This document shows, piece by piece, positions 10,547 to 24,240 of a DNA stretch of 64,000 nt (positions are counted from its first letter, which is position 1; each line of letters opens with the position of its first letter). The notes under the pieces are model-generated. The model saw only the letters and a list, made by a program, of their open reading frames with translations, did not search any database and was not told the DNA's origin. The position numbers and the translations under genes were made by a program. The stretch is taken from NCBI GenBank assembly GCA_002269645.1, contig NIVC01002558.1, forward strand, positions 1 to 64,000, in the 5' to 3' direction. Source of the DNA: Macrostomum lignano. Its lineage: Eukaryota.

Positions 10547-11533
10547 CTATTCGAGATCTGCTTTTGGTAACAGTAATCCATTGCCCATAACGTTTGAATT
10601 TAAGAAAATTCCTGAACCTGCTTTTGGTCTCATTTCGAGATATAATCCGCTTCCGTCGTGTTTTTCAATGATATTAAAATCTTTTCCTAATTTATTAAAA
10701 ATTTTCTGAACAGCTGGTCTAAAATTGGATCCAATATTGTCAAAAAATCCTTTAGCTTTCTCACCCGTTTTTTCTAAAGTTTGACCAAATTCATGTAGTT
10801 TATCTGCTACAACTCCACTTCCTTGGGTTGTTCCTTTTAGTACCAAACCATTCCCGTGATTTGTTCCTTGCAAGAGTAAACCTTTTCCGGCTGCTAACCT
10901 AGCTTCTGCATTTCTTTTTTGCTCTGCTGTTGCTGAACTACTATTAATGGTATCAATAAGTTTCTGTTTGAATTGTGCGTCCTGCGTTATTTGCTGTCTT
11001 TGAAATTCTGCATCTCGTTTGGCTTTTTCGTCCGCAGCTTTTTTGTCATTTACTGCTTTTGCAATTCCAGCTGCTCCGCCAGCAACTCCTCCAGCTGCTC
11101 CAATTCCTGCAAAAATTATTGGGAGCAAAGCTGCAAGGGGTAAGATTCCCCCCTGTTTCGCTCTTAACTCTCCTAGCTGTTTTACATTATCATGAATTCT
11201 TTTTCCGGCTAAACCGACTGCTCCAGCTGCACCAAGTCCTAAAAGAAGCGGTAGAATGGGTAGTAATCCGCCGTCCTTTTTAGTGTGAGTCTCCATTAAA
11301 AATTTCACATCGGAGTCTGTCAACCTATAATTTCTGCCGCGATTCTTAAAGGATATTGGCCTTCCTTCTTGTGCATATTTTGCTGCGAGTTTAAATGTAT
11401 CGATGTCGTAGTCAAACTTTTTACCTAATCGATCCAATCTTTTTAACATTGTGTGGCTATGTTTATTATCATCTAGATCTAAAGTATCTACAATTTCTCC
11501 TATAAAATATAAGCGGTCGTTATCTGTGTCCAT
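10547..11533 (-). CDS. Gly-rich virion core/membrane-active precursor protein (adenovirus pX-like segments)
   Basis: GGLLPILPLLLGLGAAG and GGILPLAALLPIIFAGIGAAGGVAGGAAGIAKAV resemble the adenovirus pX C-terminus. Eight GG or GxG motifs followed by hydrophobic residues. Confidence 0.65.
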   Translation of the reverse strand: MDTDNDRLYFIGEIVDTLDLDDNKHSHTMLKRLDRLGKKFDYDIDTFKLAAKYAQEGRPISFKNRGRNYRLTDSDVKFLMETHTKKDGGLLPILPLLLGLGAAGAVGLAGKRIHDNVKQLGELRAKQGGILPLAALLPIIFAGIGAAGGVAGGAAGIAKAVNDKKAADEKAKRDAEFQRQQITQDAQFKQKLIDTINSSSATAEQKRNAEARLAAGKGLLLQGTNHGNGLVLKGTTQGSGVVADKLHEFGQTLEKTGEKAKGFFDNIGSNFRPAVQKIFNKLGKDFNIIEKHDGSGLYLEMRPKAGSGIFLNSNVMGNGLLLPKADLE

Positions 11534-11543
11534 TTTTATATTG

Positions 11544-11942
11544 TTAAAATTTCTTTAATCCTTTTCCACCTTTAATAGTATTTAACATTTTATTAAAATC
11601 CTGAATATCTTTATTACTTATTGGTGCGCTTTTCGTGGGGGTTTCTGTTGGTTGTGCGGCTTGTGCCAGCTTTAAATCTTTTATTGCATTTATTTGTGAG
11701 AGGGTGTCGTTAAAATCTCTCAATTTCTTTAGTTCTTCTGCCGCTCTAGCTGCTTCAATTCCGCCCTTTACGGCGTTGGTTATAGAGCCTGCTGCAGAGC
11801 CAGCTTGCCCTATAAGCCCCATATTGTCTTTAACAAAATTTGCTGCTGTTCCAACCACATCAAAAAGCCCCTCACCTCGGTATTCAACTGGGTCTCCTAC
11901 CTGCAATTCATTCAGATTTTGCATATGTGTAACGTGTGTCAT
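11544..11942 (-). CDS. Small virion core-like protein with an amphipathic segment after a GEG motif
   Basis: YRGEG-LFDVVGTAANFVKDNMGLIG... and C-terminal IKGGKGLKKF. Confidence 0.55.
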   Translation of the reverse strand: MTHVTHMQNLNELQVGDPVEYRGEGLFDVVGTAANFVKDNMGLIGQAGSAAGSITNAVKGGIEAARAAEELKKLRDFNDTLSQINAIKDLKLAQAAQPTETPTKSAPISNKDIQDFNKMLNTIKGGKGLKKF

Positions 11943-11980
11943 TTTTTGTTCTATTTTTAGTAACAGAAAAAGATTGTCTG

Positions 11981-12078
11981 CATTCCATTTAGACCAGATT
12001 TTAGACCAAATTTTTGAAAACGAAAACCAAAACGATAGTCTAGTTTTGTTTGGTCTAAAATCTGGTCTAAATGGAATG
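11981..12078. repeat. Perfect 30-bp inverted repeat with 38-nt loop
   Basis: cattccatttagaccagattttagaccaaa (11981-12010) is the exact reverse complement of 12049-12078. Confidence 0.95.
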
Positions 12079-12160
12079 TTGGGTGGGTAGGTGAGCTGAC
12101 TATAAATAGCTTCTATTCTTTCCGACCCTTCGCGCCTGCGGCGCGGGCAAGGGGTTATAG

Positions 12161-12431
12161 AGTAGTAGTGTATAAAAAGACGCTTCTAGATCAGACCTTA
12201 TTTTAATGACCGTTTTTATGGTCTTAAGAGGGGGGACGCGAGGGGGGTGTTGGGGAGTGTTTGGAAGTGTTGGGAAGTGATTTTTATTGTTAGGGGTGAT
12301 TATGGGTGATTAGATGTGTTAATGGTGTTTAGATGTGTTTTTTTATTTACCCCCCGTGTCCCCCCTCTAGACCCTTAAAACGGTCATTAAAAAAGTGCTC
12401 TGGGTCTAGAAGCGTCTTTTTATATACTACT
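12161..12431. repeat. Polinton terminal region with a nested, inverted ~85-bp copy of the terminus
   Basis: 12164-12246 (agtagtgtataaaaagacgcttctaga...ttttaatgaccgtttt...gaggggggac) matches the reverse complement of 12350-12431. Confidence 0.9.
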
Positions 12432-12637
12432 CAGGGCGTCAAGTTTGATTTTAGGGGCGCTAAGTTGGATACCAGGGGCGCCAAGTTTGATTTTAGGGGT
12501 TCCAAAATGAATGTCAATGGCGCCGCAAATAACTCGCGCGTTGACTTTGCCCGACAACAAAACGTTTCAGTGAAGGACGGGGCACAGACGCGTTGGTTGG
12601 AAATTTACAGCAGCTGATTTCACAGCGTCAAGAGCAG

Positions 12638-12668
<31 letters not shown>

Positions 12669-12851
12669 CTGACGTTAGGAGAGTCAGCCGGGGGGCGCAC
12701 GGAGAGAGTGAGAGAGTCACACCAATATAGATAACAGTGAGCACGCGCAGTTGCCAGTCGCTTTAGATAACAACAGTTGTGAAGCAAATCCGCTAAAGCA
12801 GAAGATTAGACGCACACACACACAGCGCGAAGCAACTCACTGAGCACGAGC

Positions 12852-15441
12852 ATGGCCTGGCAAGACTACGCCGACGAGATCCGGTGGCTGGTGCGCACCG
12901 GGGCGCCAATCTCGGTCACGCAGCTGTTCTACTCGCTCGTGATGCCGACAACCCTGGCCTTCTGTGGCTACCTCGGCAAAGAGGAGCTTGACTCGGCCGG
13001 GCTGGCCATCTCAATCTTCCAGCTGAGCGTGGCCAATTTCGCCAGTGCGGTGCGCTGGGGCATCATGCCGTTCCTGGCGCACACCATGGCCGGCAGCAAG
13101 CCAGCTCGGGTTGGCATCTTCGTGCAGCGCGGCCTGCTTGCCTCCCTGCTGCTGGCCTTCTTCAGCTGGACTCTGGCCTGCAATTCGGCCAATCTGCTCA
13201 TCGCCACGGGCCAGGACCCGGCCATTGCGGTGAACACTGAGATGTACTTCCTGCTGCTCAGTCCGGGTTGCCTTGGCATCATCGCATTCAGAGCTCTAGT
13301 TGCTTATACTGACACGCTGGGCCGGCTGTGGCCAACTCTGCTGGTTCACGTGATCGGGTTCTTAGTTAACCTGCTGCTGCAGTACGTGCTGGTGCTGCAC
13401 ACGGACCTGGGCTTGGCCGGCTCGGCGATTGCTCTGTCTGTCACCCTGGTTCTGCTGGCCGTGTTTCAGGCCATCTTCATCTGGAGGCTGCGGCTGTACA
13501 AGGACACCTGGACGGGCTGGTCGCCGAGGGCCTTCCTGGGCTGGGGCAAGTTCTTCGGCGGCATGCTGCCCGCCATCGGGACCCAGACGCTGTGGATCTT
13601 CGGCACCGAGGTTGGCAATTTTCTAGCCGGACTGCTGGGCAAGTCGGAGATCGCGGCCGAGTCGCTGCTGTTCCAGATCAACTTCCTGGCCTTCCTGCTG
13701 CCCGTGGGGCTGGGCAGTGCCGTCATCGCCAGGGTGGGAGCTTACCTCAGGTGCGAATGGGGACTGGGGATCAAGCTTAGGGTTATTGTGGTGCACCAGC
13801 TGGGATCAAATTAGGGTTATTGTGGTGCACCAGCTAGGATCAAGCTTAGGGTTATTGTGGTGCACCAGCTGGGATCAAATTAGGGTTATTGTGGTGCACC
13901 AGCTAGGATCAAGCTTAGGGTTATTGTGGTGCACCAGCTGGGATCAAATTAGGGTTATTGTGGTGCACCAGCTAGGATCAAGCTTAGGGTTGTTGTGGTG
14001 CACCAGCTAGGATCAGGCTTAGGGTTATTGTGGTGCACCAGCTAGGATTAAGCTTAGGGTTATTGTGGTGCACCAGAGGTTCAATTAGGGTTATTGTGGT
14101 GCACCAGCTGATCAAATTTGGGTTGTTGTGGTGCACCAGCTGATCAAATTAGGGTTATTGTGGTGCACCAGCTGATCAAATTTGGGCTAAACCAACCTCA
14201 GCCAACAGGAGCCGGAGCGGGCCAAGCGGACCTCCCGCGCCAGCCTGCTGTTTATGTCCGTCACCGGCCTGCTGGTTGGCGGCATCTTCATGGCGCTACG
14301 GTTCCAGATTCCCAAACTGTACTCGCTGGACGCGGAGTCCACCAACCTGTTCGTGAGCCTTATGCCGTACCTGGCGGTGTACACCACTCTGCAGCTCATC
14401 GCCTATCCTTGCGTTGCCACCCTGAGAGCCTGCAATCACCATGTAGTTGCCATGGTGATCAACTTTATTGCCTACTATGTGGTAAGTGGGTCGATTTTTT
14501 GGTTGATTTCCCAGCAAACTTACTAAGTCAAATTCCATCGTTGCCCCAGTGAAAGATTCGAGTCCAGGACCTTCACTTCCCTAAGTGACAGATTCGAGTC
14601 TAAAAACTTTATTTCCATGTGAAGGATTCGAGTCTAGGACCTTCATTTTCATAATGAAGGATTCGAGTCCAGGACTTTCAAATTTCTATATTGAAGGATT
14701 CGAGTCCAGGACTTTCAAATTTCTATACTGAAGGATTCGAGTCCAGGACTTTCACATTTCTATATTGAAGGATTCGAGTCCTGGACTTTAAAATTTCTAT
14801 ATTGAAGGATTCGAGTCCAGAACTTTCATTTCTCCACGGATGGATTCAAGTCCAGGACCTTAGGCTTAATTTATATAGTGAAGGAATCGAGTCCAGGACC
14901 TACACCTAAGCGATTCTCAAACACTCAAAACGCAATCTCCTCTACCGCGACACAGGTGAGCCTCCCGCTGGGTGTCTCCCTGACCTTCGCCGCCGGCTGG
15001 GGCCTGCGAGGCCTCTGGGTCGGCTTCGTCTCGGCCTCGGCCACCTTCCTGGTGCTGCTGCTGCTGGCCATGCTGCGCTCCGACTGGCGCCGGCGCTCCA
15101 ACCTGGCGCACGCTGACGCCGAGTTCGAGACCGATGCGGAGGCTCCGCTGGCAGCCGGCGAGCGGGCGCCGCTGCTGATGGCCGAAGAGGACGACGCAGA
15201 GGATTGGCAGCTGCTGGATCGTCAACAGAAGCAGCGGCAGCAGCGAGGCAGCAGCAACCGCCAGGTTTGGTGGCCAGCAGTCCGCGCCAAGCTGCCAGTC
15301 CTGGGCGCGGCAGTTCTGGCGCTGCTGGCCTCGGCGACGATTCGAGTGGTGGCGCCGCCGCGGATTCCGCTGTACCCGATGGCGAATGCCAGCAGCTGGA
15401 ACTCGACGCTGCCTCCGGTAGCGACACTGACTACTAATTAG
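12852..15441 (+). CDS. SLC47A-like: MATE family multidrug and toxin extrusion transporter (SLC47-like); exons 12852-13750, 14202-14481, 14956-15441
   Basis: Hydrophobic 12-TM pattern with FCGYLGKEELDSAGLA, GRVGIFVQRG-type, EVGNFLAGLLG and ARVGAYL motifs. GT-AG junctions keep the frame (GAYLS|QQEPERAK; YYV|VSLPLG). Confidence 0.92.
13767..14180. repeat. Intronic minisatellite, ~39-bp unit containing TTAGGG
   Basis: Unit gatcaagcttagggttattgtggtgcaccagct(g/a)g. Confidence 0.9.
14550..14900. repeat. Intronic degenerate minisatellite, ~40-bp unit
   Basis: Repeated gaaggattcgagtccaggacttt core. Confidence 0.85.
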
Positions 15442-15805
15442 ATGACGAGGCTATTGAGTTCAAAAATTAAGTAATAGTTACTCTTGCCGACTACTTACAA
15501 AGACTGATTGCTTAGCTTTCTAGAGCTTTTATTGCAAACGATTATTTGGAAAAAAATATTGCCATGTCTGCTTCTAGTTTTGCATAACTGAAGCACCTTT
15601 TTCTGTCATAAATGCATTTTGCAATATCTGTTATTACTCTGTACGCATTAGTGTTTTCTTGCAAAGTTAAATGACATATTCAGACAATAAAAGAATTCAC
15701 GAAGAAGCTAACAAGACTACTACTATTCTGAGTTCAGTAGTACAAAAAAGGCTTCTCTAAAAGCAATAAAAGCAGTAGTAATGCATCCTGTTTGTGTCTT
15801 TGTCT

Positions 15806-16180
15806 CTGAGTATGAGTGGCTGAACATGAGTGGCTGAGCATGAGTGGATGAGTATGAGTGGCTGAGCATGAGTGGCTGAGCATGAGTGGCTGAGCATGAG
15901 TGGCTGAGCATGAGTGGCTGAGTATGAGTGGCTGAGCATGAGTGGCTGAGCATGAGTGGCTGAGCATGAGTGGCTGAGCATGAGTGGCTGAGCATGAGTG
16001 GCTGAGCATGAGTGGCTGAGCATGAGTGGCTGAGCATGAGTGGCTGAGCATGAGTGGCTGAGCATGAGTGGCTGAGCATGAGTGGCTGAGCATGAGTGGC
16101 TGAGCATGAGTGGAGGAGTATGAGTGGCTGAGCACGAGTGGCTGAGTATGAGTGGCTGAGTTTGAGTGGCTGAGTATGAG
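15806..16180. repeat. Minisatellite, 14-bp unit
   Basis: (catgagtggctgag)n. Confidence 0.95.
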
Positions 16181-16510
16181 TATCCGAACATCCATTCCCT
16201 CCACATCAGCACAGCCCTCTTGATCCCCAATTATCCAGAGTAAATACCAGATTAAAAAAGCAATTATCAAGACAACGCCAAAAAAGTGTCAGTCACTTTC
16301 CGAGGTGACAACAACAGCAGCCTTCGTGACTCGCTAATGGCCCGCCGAAGCGTCCTGCCTGTCGACTGGAATGCGCCACACCAATGGCGCAGCAGCTGCT
16401 TCGCGACTGACTTGACACCAACTTGCAGTCTGCTGGCTGCCCGCGGTTTGAACTTTGTGAACTGCCGTAAACTGGGGGAGTGTACTAAACCCACAGGCCA
16501 TGCTGACAGA

Positions 16511-19142
<2,632 letters not shown>

Positions 19143-19151
19143 TATCTATCC

Positions 19152-19193
<42 letters not shown>

Positions 19194-19609
19194 ATATCTA
19201 TATATATATATATATATCTATCTAAGTAAACATACTCTAAGCATACTGTTACATGTTATGCAGCAGGACTAGGGAGTTCAGAAATAGAAGCGAGAGAAGG
19301 CCGTCGGTAAAATGAACAAAAAGATTTAGAAGCTGACAGCACCATTTAGTCGTATTTGTTATTGAATTAAATGTGTGTAATATACTGAAGTACGGCACAT
19401 AGGTTCCAAGATATGTTCGCGCATAGTTGCGCTAACAAAGGACTGCTTCTTCCAATATAGTCTTCTATTCTATTAGTTTACAAAGCATTGCAAGGCAACC
19501 CAATAAGACAAGATACATCGATAGATGCATATGTACTGTCTGCATTCCGATTCCCGTGTCTCTCGTTCTATTTGCAAACCCTGTGCACTTTTGAATCTTC
19601 AATCTACCT

Positions 19610-20290
19610 CTACTTATCTCTCAGCCTCTCTCCTTATCTCTCAGCTTCTCTCCTTATCTCTCAGCCTCTCTCCTTATCTCTCAGTCTCTTTACTTATCTC
19701 TCAGCCTCTCTCCTTATCTCTCAGCCTCTCTCCTTATCTCTCAGCCTCTTTACTTATCTCTCAGCCTCTCTCCTTATCTCTCAGCCTCTCTCCTTATCTC
19801 TCAGCCTCTCTACTTATCTCTCAGCCTCTCTACTTATCTCTCAGCCTCTCTCCTTATCTCTCAGCCTCTCTCCTTATCTCTCAGCCTCTCTACTTATCTC
19901 TCAGCTTCTCTCCTTTTCTCTCAGCCTCTCTCCTTATCTCTCAGTCTCTTTACTTATCTCTCAGCCTCTCTCCTTATCTCTCAGCCTCTTTACATATCTC
20001 TCAGCCTCTCTCCTTATCTCTCAGCCTCTCTCCTTATCTCTCAGCCTCTCTCCTTATCTCTCAGCCTCTTTACTTATCTCTCAGCCTCTCTCCTTATCTC
20101 TCAGCCTCTCTCCTTATCTCTCAGCCTCTCTCCTTATCTCTCAGCCTCTTTACTTATCTCTCAGTCTCGCTCCTTATCTCTCAGCCTCTCTCCTTATCTC
20201 TCAGCCTCTCTACTTATCTCTCAGCCTCTCTACTTATCTCTCAGCTTCTTTCCTTACCTCTCACCCTCTCTACTTACCTCTTCCTTTATT
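19610..20290. repeat. Minisatellite, 20-bp unit
   Basis: (tcagcctctctccttatctc)n. Confidence 0.95.
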
Positions 20291-20679
20291 TACTTTCATT
20301 TCTTAGTCTCAGCTAAACACTCCATATTCACGGTTTCTCTATAATAATTAATAGAAAAAAATTCAGACAACCTGAGGCTGCAATACACATACTACTTAGT
20401 CTCCTTGGCCAATGACAGCTCACCAGCCAATCCTTCGAGTCGAAACCGACCATTTTTAGCTCTTTATAATGCGTGTACGCAAAATAATGCGCAATCTAGA
20501 GGCAACTCGGCTGCAATAAAAAACTAAGGTAAGGCCTCTTCAATATTATTTAATGCTAATTTTAAATACGATCATTGTGCGTAGATAGTAGACGATAGTA
20601 AGAGATGGCAAGGGTAGTCAAAGTAAAAAGCCTATGTGTTAATCAAATCTGGAAATTGCCTGATTAAAAAATGAGAGAG

Positions 20680-22445
20680 TGACAAACACAAAGGGAGGAA
20701 ATTGAAAGTGTGACTGACACAGAGGGAGGAATCTGAGAGAGTGACAGACACAGAGGGAGGAAACTGAGAGAGTGACAGACACAGAGGGAGGAAACTGAGA
20801 GAGTGGCAGACACAGAGGGAGGAAACTGAGAGAGTGGCAGACACAGAGGGAGGAAACTGAGAGAGTGACAGACACAGAGGGAGGAAACTGAGAGAGTGAC
20901 AGACACAGAGGGAGGAAACTGAGAGAGTGGCAGACACAGAGGGAGGAAACTGAGAGAGTGACAGACACAGAGGCAGGAAACTGAGAGAGTGACAGACACA
21001 GAGGGAGGAAACTGAGAGAGTGACAGACAAAGAGGGAGGAAACTGAGAGAGTGACAGACACAGAGGGAGAGAATTGAGAGAGTGACAGATACAGGGAGGG
21101 AATTGAGAGAGTGACAGACACAGGGAGGGAATTGAGAGAGTGACAGACACAGGGGGGAAATTGAGAGAGTGACAGACACAGAGGGAGGAAACTGAGAGAG
21201 TGACAGACAGAGAGGGAGAGAATTGAGAGAGTGACAAACACAGAGGGAGGAAATTTAAAGTGTGACAGGCACAGAGGGAGGAAATTGAGAGTGTGACAGA
21301 CACAGAGGGAGGAAACTGAGAGAGTGACAGACACAGAGGGAGGAAACTGAGAGAGTGACAGACAGAGAGGAAGAGAATTGAGAGAGTGACAAACACAGAG
21401 GGAGGAAGTTTAAAGTGTGACAGGCACAGAGGGAGGAAATTGAGAGTGTGACAGACACAGAGGGAGGAAATTGAGAGAGTGGCAGACACAGAGGGAGGAA
21501 ACTGAGAGAGTGGCAGACACAGAGGGAGGAAACTGAGAGAGTGGCAGACACAGAGGGAGGAAACTGAGAGAGTGGCAGACACAGAGGGAGGAAACTGAGA
21601 GAGTGACAGACACAGAGGGAGGAAACTGAGAGAGTGGCAGACAAAGAGGGAGGAAACTGAGAGAGTGACAGACACAGAGGGAGAGAATTGAGAGAGTGAC
21701 AGATACTGGGAGGGAATTGATAGAGTGACAGACACAGGGAGGGAATTGAGAGAGTGACAGACACAGGGGGGAAATTGAGAGAGTGACAGACACAGAGGGA
21801 GGAAACTGAGAGAGTGACAGACACAGAGGGAGGAAACTGAGAGAGTGACAGACAGAGAGGGAGAGAATTGAGAGAGTGACAAACACAGAGGGAGGAAATT
21901 TAAAGTGTGACAGGCACAGAGGGAGGAAATTGAGAGTGTGACAGACACAGAGGGAGGAAATTGAGAGAGTGACAGACACAGAGGGAGGAAATTGAGAGAG
22001 TGACAGACACAGAGGGAGAAAACTGAGAGAGTGACAGACACAGGGAGGGAATTGAGAGAGTGACAGACACAGGGAGGAAATTGAGAGAGTGACAGACACA
22101 GAGGGAGGAAACTGAGAGAGCGACAGACACAGGGAGGGAATTGAGAGAGTGACAGACACAGGGAGGGAATTGAGAGAGCGACAGACACAGGGAGGAAATT
22201 GAGAGTGTGACTGACACAGAGGGAGGAAACTGAGAGAGTGACAGACACAGAGGGAGGAAACTGAGAGAGTGACAGACAGAGAGGGAGAGAATTGAAAGTG
22301 TGACAAACACAGAGGGAGGAAATTTAAAGTGTGACAGACACAGAGGGAGGAAATTGAAAGTGTGACAGACACAGAGGGAGGAAATTGAAAGTGTGACAAA
22401 CACAGAGGGAGGAAATGGAAAGTGTGACAGACACAGAGGGAGGAA
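20680..22445. repeat. Minisatellite, 31-bp unit
   Basis: (aaactgagagagtgacagacacagagggagg)n with variants. Confidence 0.95.
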
Positions 22446-23309
22446 ATTGAACTACCCGCTTAGATTATTAACAGTGGCCGAATGCTTGACTGACTAGCTG
22501 AGGATGTCCAGCAGTTGAGGTTTGCTCATTATTGAAGCTTGATAAGAAAAACCTGACATATTTGCAACAGGCTGTCCATAGTCACCTGGTGTAATCTGTT
22601 GAAGGAGCCGACGGCGTCGGGATGATGACGGAAGGCTTGAGAGACTAGCTGAGAATGTCTGGCGGTTGATTCTTGCCCACTTTCGAGGCTTGATCGGCGA
22701 AACTAGAGAAATCCACATCAGGGTGTCCATAGTCACCTGGTGCCACAGCTGTTGAGGGTCCAGAAGCTCCACTTGGGTGAAGGCTAGTGACCAACGAAGT
22801 CAGAACTGATGCAGACACATGTGTTCGACGTGCTGATGAAATTTGGAGACTTGGCAAGGCTGCACTGAGGCGCAGTGCTAATTGGCGCACAGGGCTGTAC
22901 TGAATACACTAGCACTTATGGGAAGAATCCGACCTTCTGGCAGAATCGTCGAATATCTCGACGGTCCGAAGGGCTGGCGACTTGATTCTTGTTTGAGAAG
23001 GTGCGCAACAAAAAGTTAGCCCGTGTTCTTGAATTTCGTGTGCCTGCGTTGCTCCGTTCCGGCGCAACAAAAAAATTGTCAGGGGGGGGATTTTCCCCCC
23101 CTCTTGGTAGTTCGACGGGCGGAAAAATGGCTTGGTATTCCTACTGTTAATGAGCGTTTCAGCAAGACAGGGTGAAAATTTTGTGCAAAACAACTGCTTT
23201 GAGTGGAAACCACTTCGTTTCTGACTTCTACGAGTTACAGCTGCTACAGACATCGTAGAAGAAATGAGGAGAAAATGGTGAGGGTTTAAAAGTTAGACTC
23301 TAACGGTGA

Positions 23310-24240
23310 GAAGGGAGAGAGTCTATGGAGTGAGAAGAGAGAGAGTCTATGGGGTGAGAAGGGAGAGAGTCCATGGATTGAGACGGGAGAGAGTCTATGG
23401 GGTGAGAAGGCAGAGAGTCTATGGATTGAGAAGGAAGAGAGTCTAGGGGTGAGAAAGGAAAAAGTCTAGGGGTGAGAAGGGAAAGAGTCTATGGGGTGAG
23501 AAGGGTGAGAGTCTATGGGGTGGAAAGGGAGAGAGTCTATGGGGTGAAAATGGAAAGGGTCTATGGGGTGAGAAGGGAGAGAATGTATGGGGTGAGAAGG
23601 GAGAGAGTTTATGGGGAGGGAAGAGAGAGAGAGAGAGAGTCTAGGGGTGAGAAGGGAGAGACTCTAGGGGTGAGAAAGGAAAGAGTCTAGGGGTGAGAAG
23701 GGAGAGAGTCTATGGGGTGAAGAGGAAGAGAGTCTATGGGGTGGGAAGGGAGAGAGTCTATGGGGTGAAAATGGAAAGGGTCTATCGGGTGAGAAGGGAG
23801 AGAGTTTATGGGGAGGGAAGAGAGAGAGAGAGAGTCTATGGGTGAGAAGGGAAAGAGTCTAGGGGTGAGAAGGGAGAGAGTCTATGGGGTGAAAAGGGAG
23901 AGAGTCTATGGGGTAAGAAGGGGGAGAGTCTATGGGGTGAAAATGGAAAGGGTCTATGGGGTGAGAAGGGAGAGAATCTATGGGGTGAGAAGGGAGAGAG
24001 TCTATGGGGTGGGAAGAGAGAGAGTCTATGGGGTGAGAAAAGGAGAGAGTCTATGGGTTGAAAAGGGAAAGGGTCTATGGATTGAGAAGGTAGAGAGTCT
24101 ATGGGGTGAGAAGGAAGAGAGTCTAGGGGGAGAAGCGAGTGAGTCTAAGGTGAGTCTAGGAGAGTCTAAGGGTGAGAAGAGAGTCTAAAGAAAACTCTAG
24201 AAGGGAGACTCGAGGGTTGAGCGAGAGTCTAAACGGCGAG
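23310..24240. repeat. Minisatellite, ~24-bp unit
   Basis: (gagagtctatggggtgagaaggga)n, degenerate. Confidence 0.9.

Larger units (their letters stand above)
1..12431. mobile_element. Right arm of an endogenous Polinton/Maverick (adintovirus-like) dsDNA virus; left end outside the window
   Basis: Gene-dense, intronless and AT-rich. Encodes pPolB, A32 ATPase, penton-like protein and adenain-like protease. Ends in TATATACTACT at 12431 (reverse complement AGTAGTATATA, an AG-terminus typical of Polintons), followed by an abrupt switch to GC-richer host DNA. Confidence 0.95.

Noticed and set aside
1-12431. Integrase and major capsid genes of the Polinton
   Set aside because: No DDE integrase or double jelly-roll candidate is visible in the window; they are presumably to the left, so they are not annotated.
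12161-12431. Independent mini-Polinton or MITE insertion
   Set aside because: The flanking 6-mers differ (no TSD), so it is interpreted as part of the viral terminus.
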